This document shows, one piece after another, positions 48,150 through 62,394 of a DNA stretch of 64,000 nt. The DNA lies in contig CM039005.1 in NCBI GenBank assembly GCA_017499595.2, positions 2,790,001 through 2,854,000 of the forward strand, written 5' to 3'. Origin of the DNA: Psilocybe cubensis (lineage: Eukaryota). The notes below the pieces were generated by a model. The model was not told the DNA's origin, did not search any database, and saw nothing but the letters and a program-made list of their open reading frames with translations. The position numbers and the translations under genes were made by a program. The stretch's first letter is position 1, and each line of letters opens with the position of its first letter.

Positions 48150-49588
48150 CTTGTTTCCTTCGACTGGACTATTGCCGAGGCATCATCGACTAAGGAAAGA
48201 CTTGAGAAATAGTCAGTTTATGATCATGATTGGGGAAGGCACGAGTGAGTACTCACTTGGGTGTTTTCTGTGGTCCAATGTCAGTATTTGGTCGGTCAGT
48301 GCCCTTTGTTGCAGGTATTCCCCGTGCCCCACATTTTCCTGAGGCTTTGGCGCCTGGTTGTGGAATAGCAAGCGATCATATCGCTTGCCCTGTTTCCCCT
48401 TCTTTTTCACTTCGCCTGGTATGGGCGCGTCACCATTTCCATCGCCGGACACAGGCAATGGGTCCATTGACCTTGTGCTCCGTTGATCTCTGCAGAAAAA
48501 ATGCCAAATTTTAGAGGAATCTCAGGTGCGTAACAAGTAACACCACGTACCTTTTAACTTGATCGCGGTTGCGACCTTTAGGCGTCCGACTCGAGCCTTT
48601 TCTAGGGTCCCTTGAACGCGACTCGGTCGCATCATCACAGTTCTGGAGATTCTGTGATGAAGTCCCAACGCTGCTGAAACTAAGCTGTCGTTAATTCCGA
48701 TTCATCGAGAGCCGGAGAGACAAAATTTACCTTCGAACAGCTGTTGCATGACTCCCACCTTGATTGACCCGCTCGACGGTGTTTATACCGGAGCTATTGT
48801 CGTCATTGTTGGGCTGTTGGAATATTAAATTTTGTTGTTCTTCTGGCTCTCCAGTGGAAGGGCGGAAATACGGTGGATTATCTTGTGTACGCTGCATGTC
48901 CATTCCGTGCATATCATTGTATATGCTGTTCTCCCCGCGAGTCCTCTCCTCCACGTGCATCCGTGGAGCCAGACGTCTCCTTGAGGATTGATAAGGAGAA
49001 TGGCGATGGCTTTTGGTGGCCAACGCCGTCTTTGCCTTGCCTGTGGTAGTGTACAGGCTCGTACCATTCCCCGTCGTGCCGTTCCTAACCCTAGCATTTG
49101 ACGCATACGCAGAGGGCGTCGCTGACGGGCATGCGACAGCATGCGCGGGCGGCGTATCGTGTGACGTCTGGCTGCCTCCCACCGTCGGATACGTTGTCAT
49201 AGATAACTCCGGATTTGGCTCGGAGTGCCCGTTTTCAAAGCTTCCACTGGGATCCGGGAAGTTGATAAAGGCGAAGAGCGAATCCAGAAGATCTGGATCG
49301 AATTCGGGGGCGGTTGACAGTATTTTCTTAATGTTGCCATTGAGGTCAAGGCCACTGGTATCGAAGCCCAGGGATTCCATAAAATCTTTAGAGATCAGCT
49401 CTGGTAAATCATTGTGAGTGGCGCATCGATAAACAACCGTCATAATTATCACCTTCGAAGATCTGACTTGACCCTGCTGCCTGGTTATCTAGTGTGTTGT
49501 TCGAGGTAGAATGAATAATCGTGCTGTGGCCCTCGACGGATGAGATGATGGAGGAGGGATACGAGTACGAGTAAGATGATGGGTGCAT
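48150..49588 (-). CDS. Multi-exon low-complexity hypothetical protein
   Basis: Main exon within the 241-aa ORF 48727-49452; upstream MHPSSYSYS exon; downstream basic exons bounded by GT-AG sites. Exact 3' end uncertain. Confidence 0.5.
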
Positions 49589-50842
49589 TTTGCTATTCTT
49601 CGAATACGTGATAATGATACTTGAACAGGTCACTTGTAGATGTATTGTTTAAATAACAAAGAACATTGGAACAACACGCGACATCAGACTCTCTGAGTAC
49701 CACCGCCCTTTGTCCTACGAGGGAAGAACTGACCCAATCATCCAGCTTAAACGCGATCGTGAATGTCATGTTATTTCCCAGGATGTTGCACTGCATTTCT
49801 TTTTTGCGTCTTTTGGATGATTTAGGACACACTAAAGACCGCTAGACAACACCTCGTGGCATGGAACCTCAGTTTCGGTTGAAATTCCACATCCTCGGGT
49901 GCGAGATCCGTCATCCGACGTCTTCCATCTGTAACTCCGACAGTGCACACAACTGAAAGGGGACGCTAGACACGCACCCCCCACGAAGTGTGGTGCACGC
50001 TGTTCTAGTTGAGGGGTGGAGTGCGAGCGCTAGGTTGTTTACTTGGATGCCGGAGGGTACGTGTTTCACAAAATTGCCACTCAAATCAAGCAGAGTGTAA
50101 CCTCTGTAACCTCATTGTGGAGGTCGGTTCACTGTGGTTTTCTCATAGCATGTAAATGATCCGAATCCGCACGCAGGTACAAGGCACTTCTAAATCATCC
50201 AGTCGAGTGGCGAGGGAAAATGTTGATGGGTGTACAATCGGCCTCTGTCTGATAAAATAATCGGTGTGTTAGGAAGGATTTCATGCCTCGGACGGCAGTG
50301 ACGTACATTTCTACTATAATCCCCTGTTCAGGACTCGATTTTGACATTTCCGGTGAGTCCAAACTTTCCCATAAACCGTTCACATTTCTCCTCTACAAGG
50401 ATCTTGGCTTTGTTATCCACCGCGTCGGGAAACATATAATCACAAGCCTTGTATCTACCACCTCAGACGTGAGCTCTTCACTGATTCTCCGCAAGCAAGC
50501 AGCTCTACGCGAAAGCATTAAAAGCCACAGAGATAGCACTTGATCTATCTATTTTGAACAATAGTTTGTCCCAATTTTCTCGGATGGAATTACGCATGCC
50601 GCTCTACACTATTGCCTCGAAGTTCGGGAATGTCGACAATGGGACGTTATAAAAAGTAAATTATTTATCAAGACGAGCAGATATTTTGAATGCGTTCAAT
50701 TATTGACTGTATACTATCACTCCAACCATCATGGAAGGTTAATCTTGGACCATGATGGACCTTACTGGCACCAATTTCTGCGCCTGGATTGCTGAAATAT
50801 GAATCCCTCGAAGCCAGAAAGGTTCGTCCACGAGATTTTTTT

Positions 50843-51417
50843 GCGCGGACTGTCTGGCGGACTGTCCGCCGGACACTGGGTATATGGTGGGTATTTGTGA
50901 CCATAGTGTGACCTCCAGGCCACGTCGGGGGATTCACTTGCATGGTCACTGCCCTAGACAGCGAGCTCATTTCCCAACAATGCCCCACCGTCTGATGCGC
51001 TACACAGCGCGCGCATTGTTGGTAGCACATTTAAACTGCTGCATAACGCGTGAGAATTTGTTTGGCACATTGCGGCTTTTTTTGAATATTGGCTGGCTCA
51101 ACTTCAACGTCAAGCAAGCTGTTATTCGGGCGCTTCATTTACTACACCAACGCAGTCATTGAGACAGAGACAGTATGTACTTCTATAGGAAAAAAATTGT
51201 AATATAAAGAGCAAAAATCTACAAAGCTGAAACAATGGTGACCATCCTCAAGGTCAGCTTGGAGGTGGAGGGTGGTAGTTGTTGGGGAGGGGCACTGCCA
51301 GTGGTCGCTGTGGAACACAGTGAGCACGGCTGTCACTAACCCAGGTCACGCTGGCTCACTGTAAGGCCTATAAGTCCGGCGGACAGTCCGGCAGACAGTC
51401 TGGCGGACAGTCCGCGC
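50843..51417. mobile_element. Candidate non-autonomous element with inverted termini built from a 12-bp unit (GTCCGGCGGACA)
   Basis: GCGCGGACTGTCTGGCGGACTGTCCGCCGGAC at 50843-50874 is inverted relative to GTCCGGCGGACAGTCCGGCAGACAGTCTGGCGGACAGTCCGCGC at 51374-51417; T-runs flank both ends. Confidence 0.6.
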
Positions 51418-51768
51418 CTTTTTTTTTCGCAAACCACCTGTCCTCCTCGAAGCCATTTTTCCACCTCGAGTCAATGTAAAAATAGAATATTTGATCCCGA
51501 AGGATAGATATTAGGATCACATTCTCTATCGGCCTGTGCACCAGAACTGCATTCACTTTGAGGTGAACAGCCCTCACCACTGCGAGTCAAAAATACGCAC
51601 CACCCAGTGAGTCAATTCGACTAATTGAGGTTGGACTCCAACCTCACGTCCTACACAAGCTGGTAGTCCAACCTTGACTATTTAAAGTCTTACTCGTATG
51701 GCTTTACCTCTACATTTGTTCGTCTCTCAAATAACTTTGTCTACGCATAATTGCATCATATAACAAAC

Positions 51769-52670
51769 ATGGCTAGCCTCATACCTTCCGTACTTGAAGT
51801 CGTAGCAAGCATTGACGTTACAGGTGGGGAGCAATTACACCTTAAATCAGGGACGTTACTCATCCAACTTTTTGATTGCTTCAGCACCTTCCGTCAATGA
51901 AAAATCGACAAGTCAAAGCAATAACGTCGGTTCCAATGGCTCAACATCACCAATTCAAACATTTTTCTCCAGTTCTTCTTCAGACTTCATATTTCCGGCT
52001 AATATGAGTTTTGACTATCCCTCAAGTAACGACCCCATCGTACCTCTCGATCTATTTCCATTTCATCAAGAATCACCATCCCGATCGGATAAGAACATGA
52101 TTCTCCCGGACGGTTTTGGAGCATTCTATGGAACTGGAAACGAACCGAATACGGTAGAATTCAGTGTGAATAGCAACTCCTCTCAGAACCTGCCTTCCCA
52201 GCCTGCATTCACGGAATTCCCTATTGCACGGGACCATAGCGACAATCCATATGCCCCTAGTATCAGTAGTTCTATGAAATTGGATAGTACGCATTACAGA
52301 TATGCGCCGGAGCCTATGGAAGTCAGCGTGTTTGACAACCCACCTCAAAATTTGCTGTCGGGATTCACTCCAAGAAAAGTGAAACAGAGAGGCAAGGCAA
52401 ATCTGAGGTATGCGATAGTAACATTGCGGCGAGGATGATACTGACAGTCAATAATCACCGCCCTCCACCTACAGATTACCTACATCCTCACAGAAAGGTG
52501 TAGCAGCAGATGTCATATTGTGTGTTTGTCAACAACGCTGGGTAGATGGGAAGCGAGGGCCGGTGGAGACCTATACAGGGCCACCGAAAACTCCAGGGCG
52601 AGGCTACCGTTCTGACCTGGCAAGCAGGTCGGTGGTAAGATGTGCCATCTGCAATAGAGCATTGGATTAA
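51769..52670 (+). CDS. Three-exon hypothetical protein, Ser/Pro-rich with C-terminal CxC...CxxC
   Basis: MASLIPSVLEVVASIDVT|APSVNEKS...KVKQRGKANLR|LPTSSQKGVAADVILCVCQQRW...VRCAICNRALD* using GT-AG introns. Confidence 0.6.
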
Positions 52671-55252
52671 GAGGAACAAGCAGGAGCTTTGGAGACAGTC
52701 AATGGCTGCATCAGACGCCATTTAGGTAGTTAGTGTGAGGAACCGCAGGGTCGGTTGCCTCTTGTACATGGGTTCACTGGTGGAATCGATGGGGAGGACG
52801 GTTTGGGGTGTGAGAAGTTCCGATGGTCAATGTTTAGTATATTTATCGTCAATATAAATATCCAGTATCTACCGATGATGTGATTGAATATGGTGTGATA
52901 GCTGAAGAAGCAAGAGAAACATCAGAGAGACGATCCCGCGAGGATCTTTGAATATACGCACCGACTTTGGACAAAGAATTAGTATCAAAAACAAGAATGT
53001 TTAGGTGCTCTTGTAGAATCCATTAGCGTCGAGGCGAGTCGAGCTCTTGACTGCTCTTGAGCGTCGTGACAGAACGGAAGGCTACTCCGCAAATATCCGC
53101 ACCCCTATCACTGTATCAGCGATTCATCGACTCGCGAAGCAACATCTATTTTACGAACTCGTCATTATGTTACACAAATACCGAGTAAAAGCAATACACC
53201 TGATGCTGATCCCTTGGGTGGGAGGAGAAAATTTCATACAGTTCAAAACGAGTCAGCCTTCCCTGTTCTTTCCCTTGAAATGACGACAATATGAAGCTCT
53301 GTACGGTAGTGGACGTTTACCACCAGCTACAACACCAGTGCGTTTCCGCTTCCAGCGATCAACAGCAGCGGTCTCCTTGTTTGTCTCCCGAAATGCGCTT
53401 CCAAAACCAGAATATTAAAACCAGATTCCATACTAACATCAGAATCCACACACCAACACCCCGCCCAACGACCTCATCTGCCGACACATCCGCGAAACTC
53501 ATGTCGGCGCTGTAAAGTGTCATACACGGTCTTCGCGCCGAGGAGGCTCCGCATTTCATGGTGTACCTTGTACTGCGGGGGAGGGGGTGGGCCTAGGTTT
53601 TAGGTTTGACATCGGACTGCTGTTTTTTGCTTTTCACTTTCTCTTCACTCTCCCTCTCTCCCCGGGTGTGGGTGGCGATGGTGGAGGGCCAAGGCTGAGG
53701 CGCTGATAGTTTCCAAAAGAGCAGACGCTGGTGAAGATGAAGGGGTGTTTCCGGTGTATCCCCATCTACAACCCCTCCTGCAGCGCCCCTTCCGCAAGTC
53801 ACAACAAAACCGACCAAACCAAACTCCCTAATGAGGGGTACCACATCAATCCAATGTGCAACATCCCCCCGCCCCTTCCCACCAGCTCTGACCTAGTAGA
53901 TGCTTGGCAATGGGCGAGACGTACAGAGATGCGCATTTAAGCGAGACGACGTAGATGAAGTCGGGGATTTGTGTGAGAGGGAAGAGGTGGAGAGGGTGGT
54001 TTTGGTTTGGGCAGTGGAGGTGGTGAGGTTCGAAGATGCAAATAGAAATTGGATGAGACCCATGAATTGCTGCATTTTGCAACACTTGTTGTTGCGTGAT
54101 TACGAACAACGACACCAACGGGTGCTTCTGTGGTGAAGATCTAAACCATCACACCCCAAAATCAAACGATACAAAGAAATGCGAGAGTAAACAGAGCGTG
54201 TTCAGCACCTAAACACCTCCCTTGAGCCTCGAGTAGTGACTACGCACCTGCGACAGCTGCCACCCTCCGATGTTGCTCCCCCTTGCTGTCCCTGTCCATC
54301 TCATGCGATTAACGCCTCCCCATTCATCCGACCGGGATCTCTCGCGACTAAGCCCACCCATAACCGAAGATGAATACATCTGTAGAACAACCACCCCAAG
54401 CCTGTGAGTACAGTAAGCTCCTCTCCAACTCCGCGGAGAAGTATAGTAATGAAGATGGGGAATTTATAAGAAATGGGGGGATGTACGTGTTGGAAATGTG
54501 TGCGTGGGATGTGCACAAGCTCCATGACGTTGTGCTCGCCTTTGTCCGTGTCCATGTACGTGTCGTTGTCTGCAAAGATTATCGCATTGCTATTGCTTTG
54601 TATCCTATAGCCTGTACATAATTTCCGGAGAACAGTATTATGAGCTGGATTTCAGGAATAGAAAACCGCGACTCACCTACATAATGTCTTGTAAACCGTG
54701 GAAATCCCAAAGAAGATTACTGACGGGCATATACATCGTGGCTGATGTAGGGGTAGGCGTATAAAAGATTCTTGAAGGGCGTAACACAATCGATGTGGCT
54801 GGAAGCGGAAGCATAGGGAAACAGTTTCTAGTACGTGGTGCAAGTCACTGTGTCAAATTGAGTCCACGTCCGTGAAAAGCGGAGTTTCAATAGTCACATC
54901 ATGCCGTCAAGCCGAATGGGACATCGAAATTGTAAACGTCTAGCCTTATTAAACAGGAGATTTTGAGCTGTAAGATATGATGGATACATTTGAGGATACA
55001 TTTAATCCCCAGATAAACTCACTCAAAAGTTCAATAGATAGCCCAAGTCATCAAGTAATTTACAATCTGCCCTTAATCACATTTTACAATCCATATCTAT
55101 AATGTCTGATAAGATAAATATACATATTACATCTGATGGATTGATTATCTCGGAGTATATTCGGATTCCATACGAGCCATCCCATCTCTTCCATCGATTT
55201 CGTTGTCTTATGAGCCCCAACTCCTTAATTTACATGGCAGGTGCGTTAAGGG

Positions 55253-56650
55253 AGACTATCTTGAGACTTTTACGGAGGAAATCTAGATGAGTGGATCATT
55301 TGTTAGATGACAGGATGTGCTCACCTTCTCTTCAGTTTGATCAGTTCGTTTCCCTTGCGACATTATCTTCCCTGTAACAAAGTCCAAGCGCTGCACTACA
55401 GTTCGAGGCCTAAGCGGCACATTATCTGCGGCTCTCCCCCTCCTTTGTGGCCGTACCGCTATCGTCGATTCGTCCTCAAATTTGGCCGATACGGGAGTCT
55501 GCGCATTGTTGCCATCCCTGGCGGTACGTCTACGCTTCCTTGTTCTCGCGCTCGAAGAGCCAGTTTCGTTGGAGGTACTGCCTCCTGTTTCTCTTATCGG
55601 GGTAGTGCTTCTGCTGTAAATCAAGATTATTTCGTAAAATCAGTAACCACTCAATTCCAGTTCTTGAGAGATGGAACACCAGGATATACCTTCGAGCACG
55701 CTTTGAGCCATCCCTCCTGGAGGTTGACTGCTCAACGGGATTATACCCGGAGCCGTTGGCTTCGCTATATTCCATGTGCTGGAATATACTATATGTCTGT
55801 GTTTCCGTCTCTCCAGATGGATGCTGGAAACGAGTAGGGTGAAACTGCTCATATGGCTGGGTGGTGTCGTTGCGCTCCTGATCTCCGCTTCTTGGCACAG
55901 ATTCCACGAAACGCCTTTTAACGCTTTCGTATGCGGGGTGACTGATCAAAACAGGATCTATTTCATAACGTGGGGACCCTGGTAAATGCCGTCCTCTAGC
56001 AGGCAGCGCCAACAATGCAGGATTTATTGTGCCAGTAGCGTGTATTTCAGGTACATTATCAGCTGCATCTTGTGTTGCACGGCTAAAGACAGTGACTTCT
56101 TGCATAGATCCACTGTCAGCACTACGATTAAGCGACATAAATCCATAAGGCCTGTAAACATTCTGGAGCGCATCTTGAGGTGCCTGAGGGATATGTTCGG
56201 GTAGATTCGGTGAATAGACAGATACTTCAAGCGATAGATTTTGAGAAGAATTGTCCCAGGGTTGAATATGCCCCGGTGAGTAAGATTCGGCAGCCGACGA
56301 TGGATGGTTATGGTGAAAAAATGATGAGGATTGTGAATGTAACCCTTGCGATTGTGGGACCTCTTGTGGAGGAGTTCCAGAGACAGCATCGGTATTATTT
56401 GAGGTATTACTCGGTATTTCTGTAAAATTCAAATAGGTCTCGAATAGCTGGTAATCATCGCCATCAACTCTGACTTCTGTGATTAGATTAATTAGTGTAC
56501 GTAGGAGATGGATGCTGGCCACTTGTTGTAACACTTACCATTCCAGCCACTGCTTTCGAATAAATCCAGCGTCGGGTTTTTCTGAACGTTCCCGGTGTCT
56601 TCGTAGACAGTTTGTTCTGGACGCTGGTATTCCGAAGCTTTTGGGCCAGA
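55253..56650 (-). CDS. Multi-exon low-complexity hypothetical protein with a basic NLS-like C-terminal region
   Basis: The 334-aa ORF core splices in frame to ...RSTTPIRETGG...ARTRKRRR... and a final ISSVKVSR* exon; upstream exon YQRPEQTVYED...; start not resolved. Confidence 0.55.
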
Positions 56651-59600
56651 ATCAGGTCATCGTGCAGTTCAAATAAGGGTATCAAAACTCACTATTTTTG
56701 TCAACAGTAGGGGAAGATTCAGAGACACTTGAGTTCGACATCGAGTGGAAGAGAAGACGAGGGTGGTGAAATGCAAAAAGTGATGTTTGTTTCTAACAAC
56801 TCGCTTTCTACTCGTCTGTCTTAAAAGTCCAAAATCATTGCCTTGACACGCGTGGAAATCGTACCCTAGAACAACATTGACACCTGTGCGTATCCATGAG
56901 TCAAACATCGCGGATTCGTGTTACATTAATTCTCGATCCACTCCAAGATATGTTTAGAGACAAACGACAGCGACAGATAGCCTCATTGTATGGAATATAC
57001 ATTCCGTCGAGCGACAAAAATAGAATGTCAACCTCATGCAAACCAGCTGGCTGAGCCGAACCTGAACGACTTTGATCCCGTGTTCCACGCTCAATCCAGA
57101 AACGGATCCTAACACTACTCTAAACTAAAAGGCATACTACGGCTGGCATGCGTAGGTGATTTAACAATGTGAAAGTGCTGTCTCTAATAGAGTCTATTAA
57201 ACGCAATTTTCTTAGAGGCTGAGTGCAGTGCCGGTAAAGGTATGATCGAAGTTTGGGAGGGGGTAAATTTAAACCGCAGAACATAGGTTATGAAGTAGAG
57301 ACGAATGTTACAACATCGAGGCATTTTGGTATGAACACAGCCATGTCGCGTGGCGGCAGCGAGGTGCGTTCATGCGTGTGAACCGAGGTTACCCAAATCA
57401 TCGCAACACCGCTATAAACCATGAATAATTTCAGTACTTTGCTCAGGAGCCATCGCGTTCATTCCGATTCAGGTATGCATGGCATTAAAAGCCCGACTAA
57501 CGTATCCTACTAGACATTACAACAATGCAATTTAAACAATAACAAGCGAAAGCATTGAAAAAGAAGCCCTTTGGAATGAGAGTATGGAAAGACAAACGTA
57601 TGAGAGAACTCCGACGAGCGTAGAAAGTGGCGACTTGAACCGAGGCCAGTATATGCTGTGATTGGGTTTTTGGATCGTGAACAGTTGTAAGAATATACCT
57701 AGAGAGAAAAATGAAACAACAGAGAATCTAACAAAATTAGTACATTCACATCATAATGAAACTAGAAGGTAAACTTACATAGAATAAAGAGGTCCAACGC
57801 ATCAAATCTCTTGAGACTCGGGTGTTACACAGAACTGGGGGTACTCTCATAGCATAGTATCGGAGGCAAGGTGTGCATTGACGTTTATGTTTAAAAGTCC
57901 ATGATGATGCTGGTTGTACGCATTCGGAGACTTTTGTGACAACTTAAATGACTCCCCAAGTCATGATTGTTTTTGTAATGGCGAAGGCAACGGTTTAGTA
58001 AAGTTGCAAGGGGGTACGAGTCGCGAACACCTGGGATATGTTAGTGAGATGACGATTAAATTCAGGCACAGATTTCACTTACCAGAAAAGAGATCTTTCA
58101 ACGTAAAGACCCGACGCATAACCTATTAACTACTTTAAGAGCAAAACCAAAGGAATGAAAACGAAAACAAAAATAAAAATAAAAACGAGAGAGCTAAGCA
58201 ATAGTAAAATCATCAGGCTTATTGAAGAACAATAAGCGACAGAGGGACTCACATATGAAAGAAAACCAGGCACCAAGATCTGACTTGACTGCGAGTGGCT
58301 ACTTGATTGATGGCATGATGTGTGTCAATAACCAAATAGTAGTTGCAATGAATGTGTCAAGTGATGACGTGCTTGAAGTACAGAGGGTATACGCCGTTAG
58401 GATGCAGCTCTGCGAAGGCGGAATTAGACGGTAATGTCAGAGGGATAATAAACCCACCAGTCACGATTTTTCCAAAGACTCGACAGGGCAATGGTTATTT
58501 TAAATAAATCAAGTATGAATTCAAGTCCCTAACATTGCATGTCAAAAGTTGAGAGACTAATGGACATTGGAGACTCACTGTAGGTGCCCTTTCTGAAGAA
58601 AGGCCGTCGATATTCCAACCAAACATTGACGCTATAGCATAAATTGATAAGCATGTGTGCGATACACAAAACTCGCGGAAGAAATGATGTTAAACGTATT
58701 GCGAGTGTTGTCGTGCGGTGCTAGACGTCCACGGTCCTGTCACATTGCCTGAGACTACGAGGGAATAAGTCAATGATATCAATACAACAACAGAAACAAA
58801 CTGACCTCACGCCAACCACCGCTCGCCTAAGCCCACCCAACACACAAGGTCCAAAGCAAGCTTTTATCAATCTCCACCCCTGCGATTCACGGTAGAAGCG
58901 ACGATGTCCTGCAAGTCTACCGCTACTGCTTAGGGGGGTGGGCGAACCAACCAGCACTCCGTACCTCACCCCCTGGTTTCCACGACCCCCGATTAACAGG
59001 GGTGGCGGCGGGGGGGTGCCACACATCGAGCGGGTAGGGTCAATTTCAGCTGCCCCGCATGTCCTAAGACAATCGCGCACTCCAGCCTGACACCAGCAGA
59101 CTGAAGATACGCGACCTGAATGGAGTGGTATACTTCTGTGCTGGGCTTCTTGACCGTTGTGTGCGAGTGAGCCTGCATTGTGTGGGGTTGGTTAGTGGCT
59201 TTTAGGGAGATGGGACAGACGTTGGTTGGTCCAAGGCGGGTTGATGAAATTGCTGTGAGGTGTTGTTAGAGGTGTTTTAATCTAGGCGAGATGAGCTTAC
59301 ACATATTGGGACTTGCCACCCCATGTATGGTGAAGATGGCTCAGGGCGGGGTGATGAAAGTACTGCAAATAATGTTAATAGGCAGTTTGATAAAGGTGGG
59401 TTGACTTTAACTTACGTTGCCTGATTGAGAGCCATCACCGCAATAAGAGTCGACCTTATCGTCAAGGGTATTAGAGGAACTCTTCAAATATGCGACGAGA
59501 TGATGGTGGAAGAGAGTCAAGAGACGATGGGGGTCTCTCTGCTTGCCTGTCCGATTCTTATACCCTTCCAGGGTATGTTCTTGTTTGTTTCCAGCCTCCC

Positions 59601-60321
59601 TCGATCGCTGATATGTCATCCGCCACTCTGAAAAGAGAAATTACGTTTCTAAAAAGGGTTTTCTGTATGTCGTCAGTATACACGCAATGCAGGACAAACC
59701 TGAATTGGCAGAGTATCTGACGGGCTGAGACAGATGGGCTTAACTGGCAAAACATTATCGTCACTTATAACCAGGCCATGTCGTCTTGAACTCACTAAAC
59801 TAAACAAACATCCTAGAACTTGGCGTGCACCATGAAAGTCGAAAAGTGAAGTTGAAAATGTTGGAAGACAAATAACATGCCCTGATCCAACGTCCGGTTC
59901 GGCTTGACGGCATTTATCAGATGCGCAGTGTGCACATTAAAACTCCGCCGTTCGACGGCCAAACGAGACGTGACGTGGGCTCAAACTTGACACAGTTCTT
60001 TGCTCTTTCCCTATGTCCAGCCACATAACTTGTGCTACCCCCTTCAAGATTCTTCCAACTTGCAACTCAAGGATAATGTAGGCCATTGTAAGTAAATTTT
60101 TTTGTGATTTTTACGGTTTACAAGACGTTCCAATCACGGTCATCAACACTGGTTCATAATTCAGTATGGCCGAAGCTACTTACGAGTAATGGATGCGGAG
60201 ACATGGAAATAAGATATTGGTTCTGTGCAGACATAGACGCAGACATTGGACATGGATAGGTGCAGACGAGGGTCTTGGGCAGGGTTGGTGAGTTTGTTGT
60301 TATTCTGAGTCGAGTACGGAT

Positions 60322-60794
60322 AGGCCCCGGGAAGCTCCCCTAGGGGCGTATCGACTTTTCGCGGATTTGAGACCTGAAAAAATAGCATTTTACTGTCCGT
60401 TTTTTGCGGATTTGAGAGGTCCGGAGGCCTACCTTTGACCGGGGCACTGCGGATTTGAGGAGAAGAATCTGCATGGGCGGCTGGTTTGGCCGGCAAATAG
60501 GGCGCGCTGCCAAATATGGACAAAAATTAGTTTCCTTGTGAGGACATAAATGCTTTCTGACTGCCAAAAACAGAAGAACTGTGAAAAAGACTGCTTGAAA
60601 AAAGCTGTAGAATTTTTTGCGCCTTTTTTTTGCTCCTTTAACTCTGTCCGAGGGTGAGAAAAATTACCTAAATAGGAAGGTCTTGGCAAAATGACCGTCC
60701 GGTTTCGCGGATTGGAGACCCAAAATCTCGCGGATTTCAGACAAATATTTTGGGTTCGGCGGGGATACGCCTGTAGGGGAGCTTCCCGGGGCCT
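60322..60794. mobile_element. Non-autonomous DNA transposon (MITE), 473 bp, 31-bp TIRs, 8-bp TSD
   Basis: AGGCCCCGGGAAGCTCCCCTAGGGGCGTATC (60322-60352) and GATACGCCTGTAGGGGAGCTTCCCGGGGCCT (60764-60794), 2 mismatches; TSD GTACGGAT at 60314-60321 and 60795-60802; internal GCGGATTTGAG-like motif about 5 times. Confidence 0.93.
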
Positions 60795-62394
60795 GTACGG
60801 ATTCCGGTTTTGGTATTTTTTATTTTGGCAGCGCGTTTTCACAGATTGAAGAGCTTGTGATGGGGATGAGGGTTTTTTAGCGCTAGCGCGCTTCGGAGGG
60901 CCATGAGCAGGGAAGCCATTGATACTGGTGTTAGGAAGCAAAAGTTCCATGGTGTTGTAGCTGGTGGTAAAGATCCGCAGAACAACAAAGTGAGAGAAAT
61001 GTTCAAGACAAAGGCGAGAGCGGAGCTCCCGAGGACCATCGCGCGGTGGCTTAAAGTGCACTGTCGGATGCCTACACGGGACAGGCAGCATACGGATGTC
61101 CAAAAACACACGCACGGACGGTCATGTTGATTCACATACTCTGGAAGATGAATCACCCTTTCGCCGGGATTCTAAACGAAGCCATCGTGGCTGGAAAATG
61201 AATAATATTGGTCTTTATGGCGGGGTATGGAGGATCCAGAGTCAGTGAGTCGCCTGTCGCTTTCTCTGGTCTGTCGCTTGACATTACATCAGGGCAAGGC
61301 AAACTCAAGCTTAGCCGTCGAATTTGAGTGGTGAGAAATATTCTTGTTCCCCAGTCTTGGTCATGCTTCTGATCCATTCCACAGTTGAAGAACCCAAGCG
61401 CAAACACGGGTAGAGAACGAAGGTTGAACATGACGCGTGAACTTTGAACATTGAGGAACGTTGATACTGAGGGCTCAGGGTAGAGAGAAAGAGTGATTGT
61501 GAATATGTGAGCAAAGTGGGGAGTGTATAAAGGTATGTCAGTTGGCGTTGGCATGTGGCTACGCTTCTAATACTTATTATTGAAGGGACGCCAGCAGGAT
61601 TGCGACGCGGTATAATTGGGCGTCGTTAATTGGTTGAACCAACAGATGGGTGGCGTGGGTACGGAGTAATTTTCCTGTGTATCCGTGTTTCCTTGTTTCT
61701 TGGTCCTGACTATCTTCTACCACTTCCCATCTTCAAATCTTGGTCTCTCCCCCATGTAAATCCAGCCGCTTTGGTTACCACTGATTCAAGCTTCAACTCA
61801 TTGACCATTTAAATCAATAATTCAATTCAAAGGCTTGGTACTTTGGTAAGTCATTGAGTCTGGTGTATTCTGCGTTGTCAATTGATGTGTCCTTGAACCC
61901 AGTCCTCGGCAGTGCACCAGGGCTTATTACCCTGTGCACAGACGTTTGTTACATGGTTCCCATCTCACTGAAGTTGGACATACCTCACTCCCCACTTCTT
62001 TTCCTCCTTCAATCTCAAAGTAATCCCATTCTCTGCATAATCTCCCGCCCGCCCGTCAGAAGCACTTCCATGCTACGACCAGCCCCGAATTCCCCCGAAG
62101 CATGCATGCAAATGGGGGTCTAGGCAGCTGTAGCTCCCGGAATGCCGCCATCTGTCGAGTGGGCGGCGATCTATCTGCACTCCAAATCCCAATCATGGCT
62201 GGCGACTATGCTTGCTCTTTTCCGTATCACACTCGCTCACAGTTTTGCACAGTAGCGACTCGCAAGGACGCGGGGGCGGACCAGGGTAAGTAGGCATTGT
62301 GGTCATGTTACCCAATAGAAGCTTCGTTGAAAAAGCCCCGCCTTTGCACGCTGTTATTTCCCATCAACCTACCATGTTTTTATCCCTCGTCTAC

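Noticed and set aside
53300-54900. Coding-like minus-strand fragments with splice signals
   Set aside because: No consistent frame or recognisable family; left uncalled.
57700-59800. Scattered minus-strand exon-like pieces
   Set aside because: I could not assemble a supported gene model.
60429-61115. 228-aa minus-strand ORF
   Set aside because: It runs into the MITE and has no protein-like motif; probably fortuitous.
61630-62300. Possible amino-acid permease relic (…DVCYMVPISLK)
   Set aside because: The resemblance is too short and weak to support.
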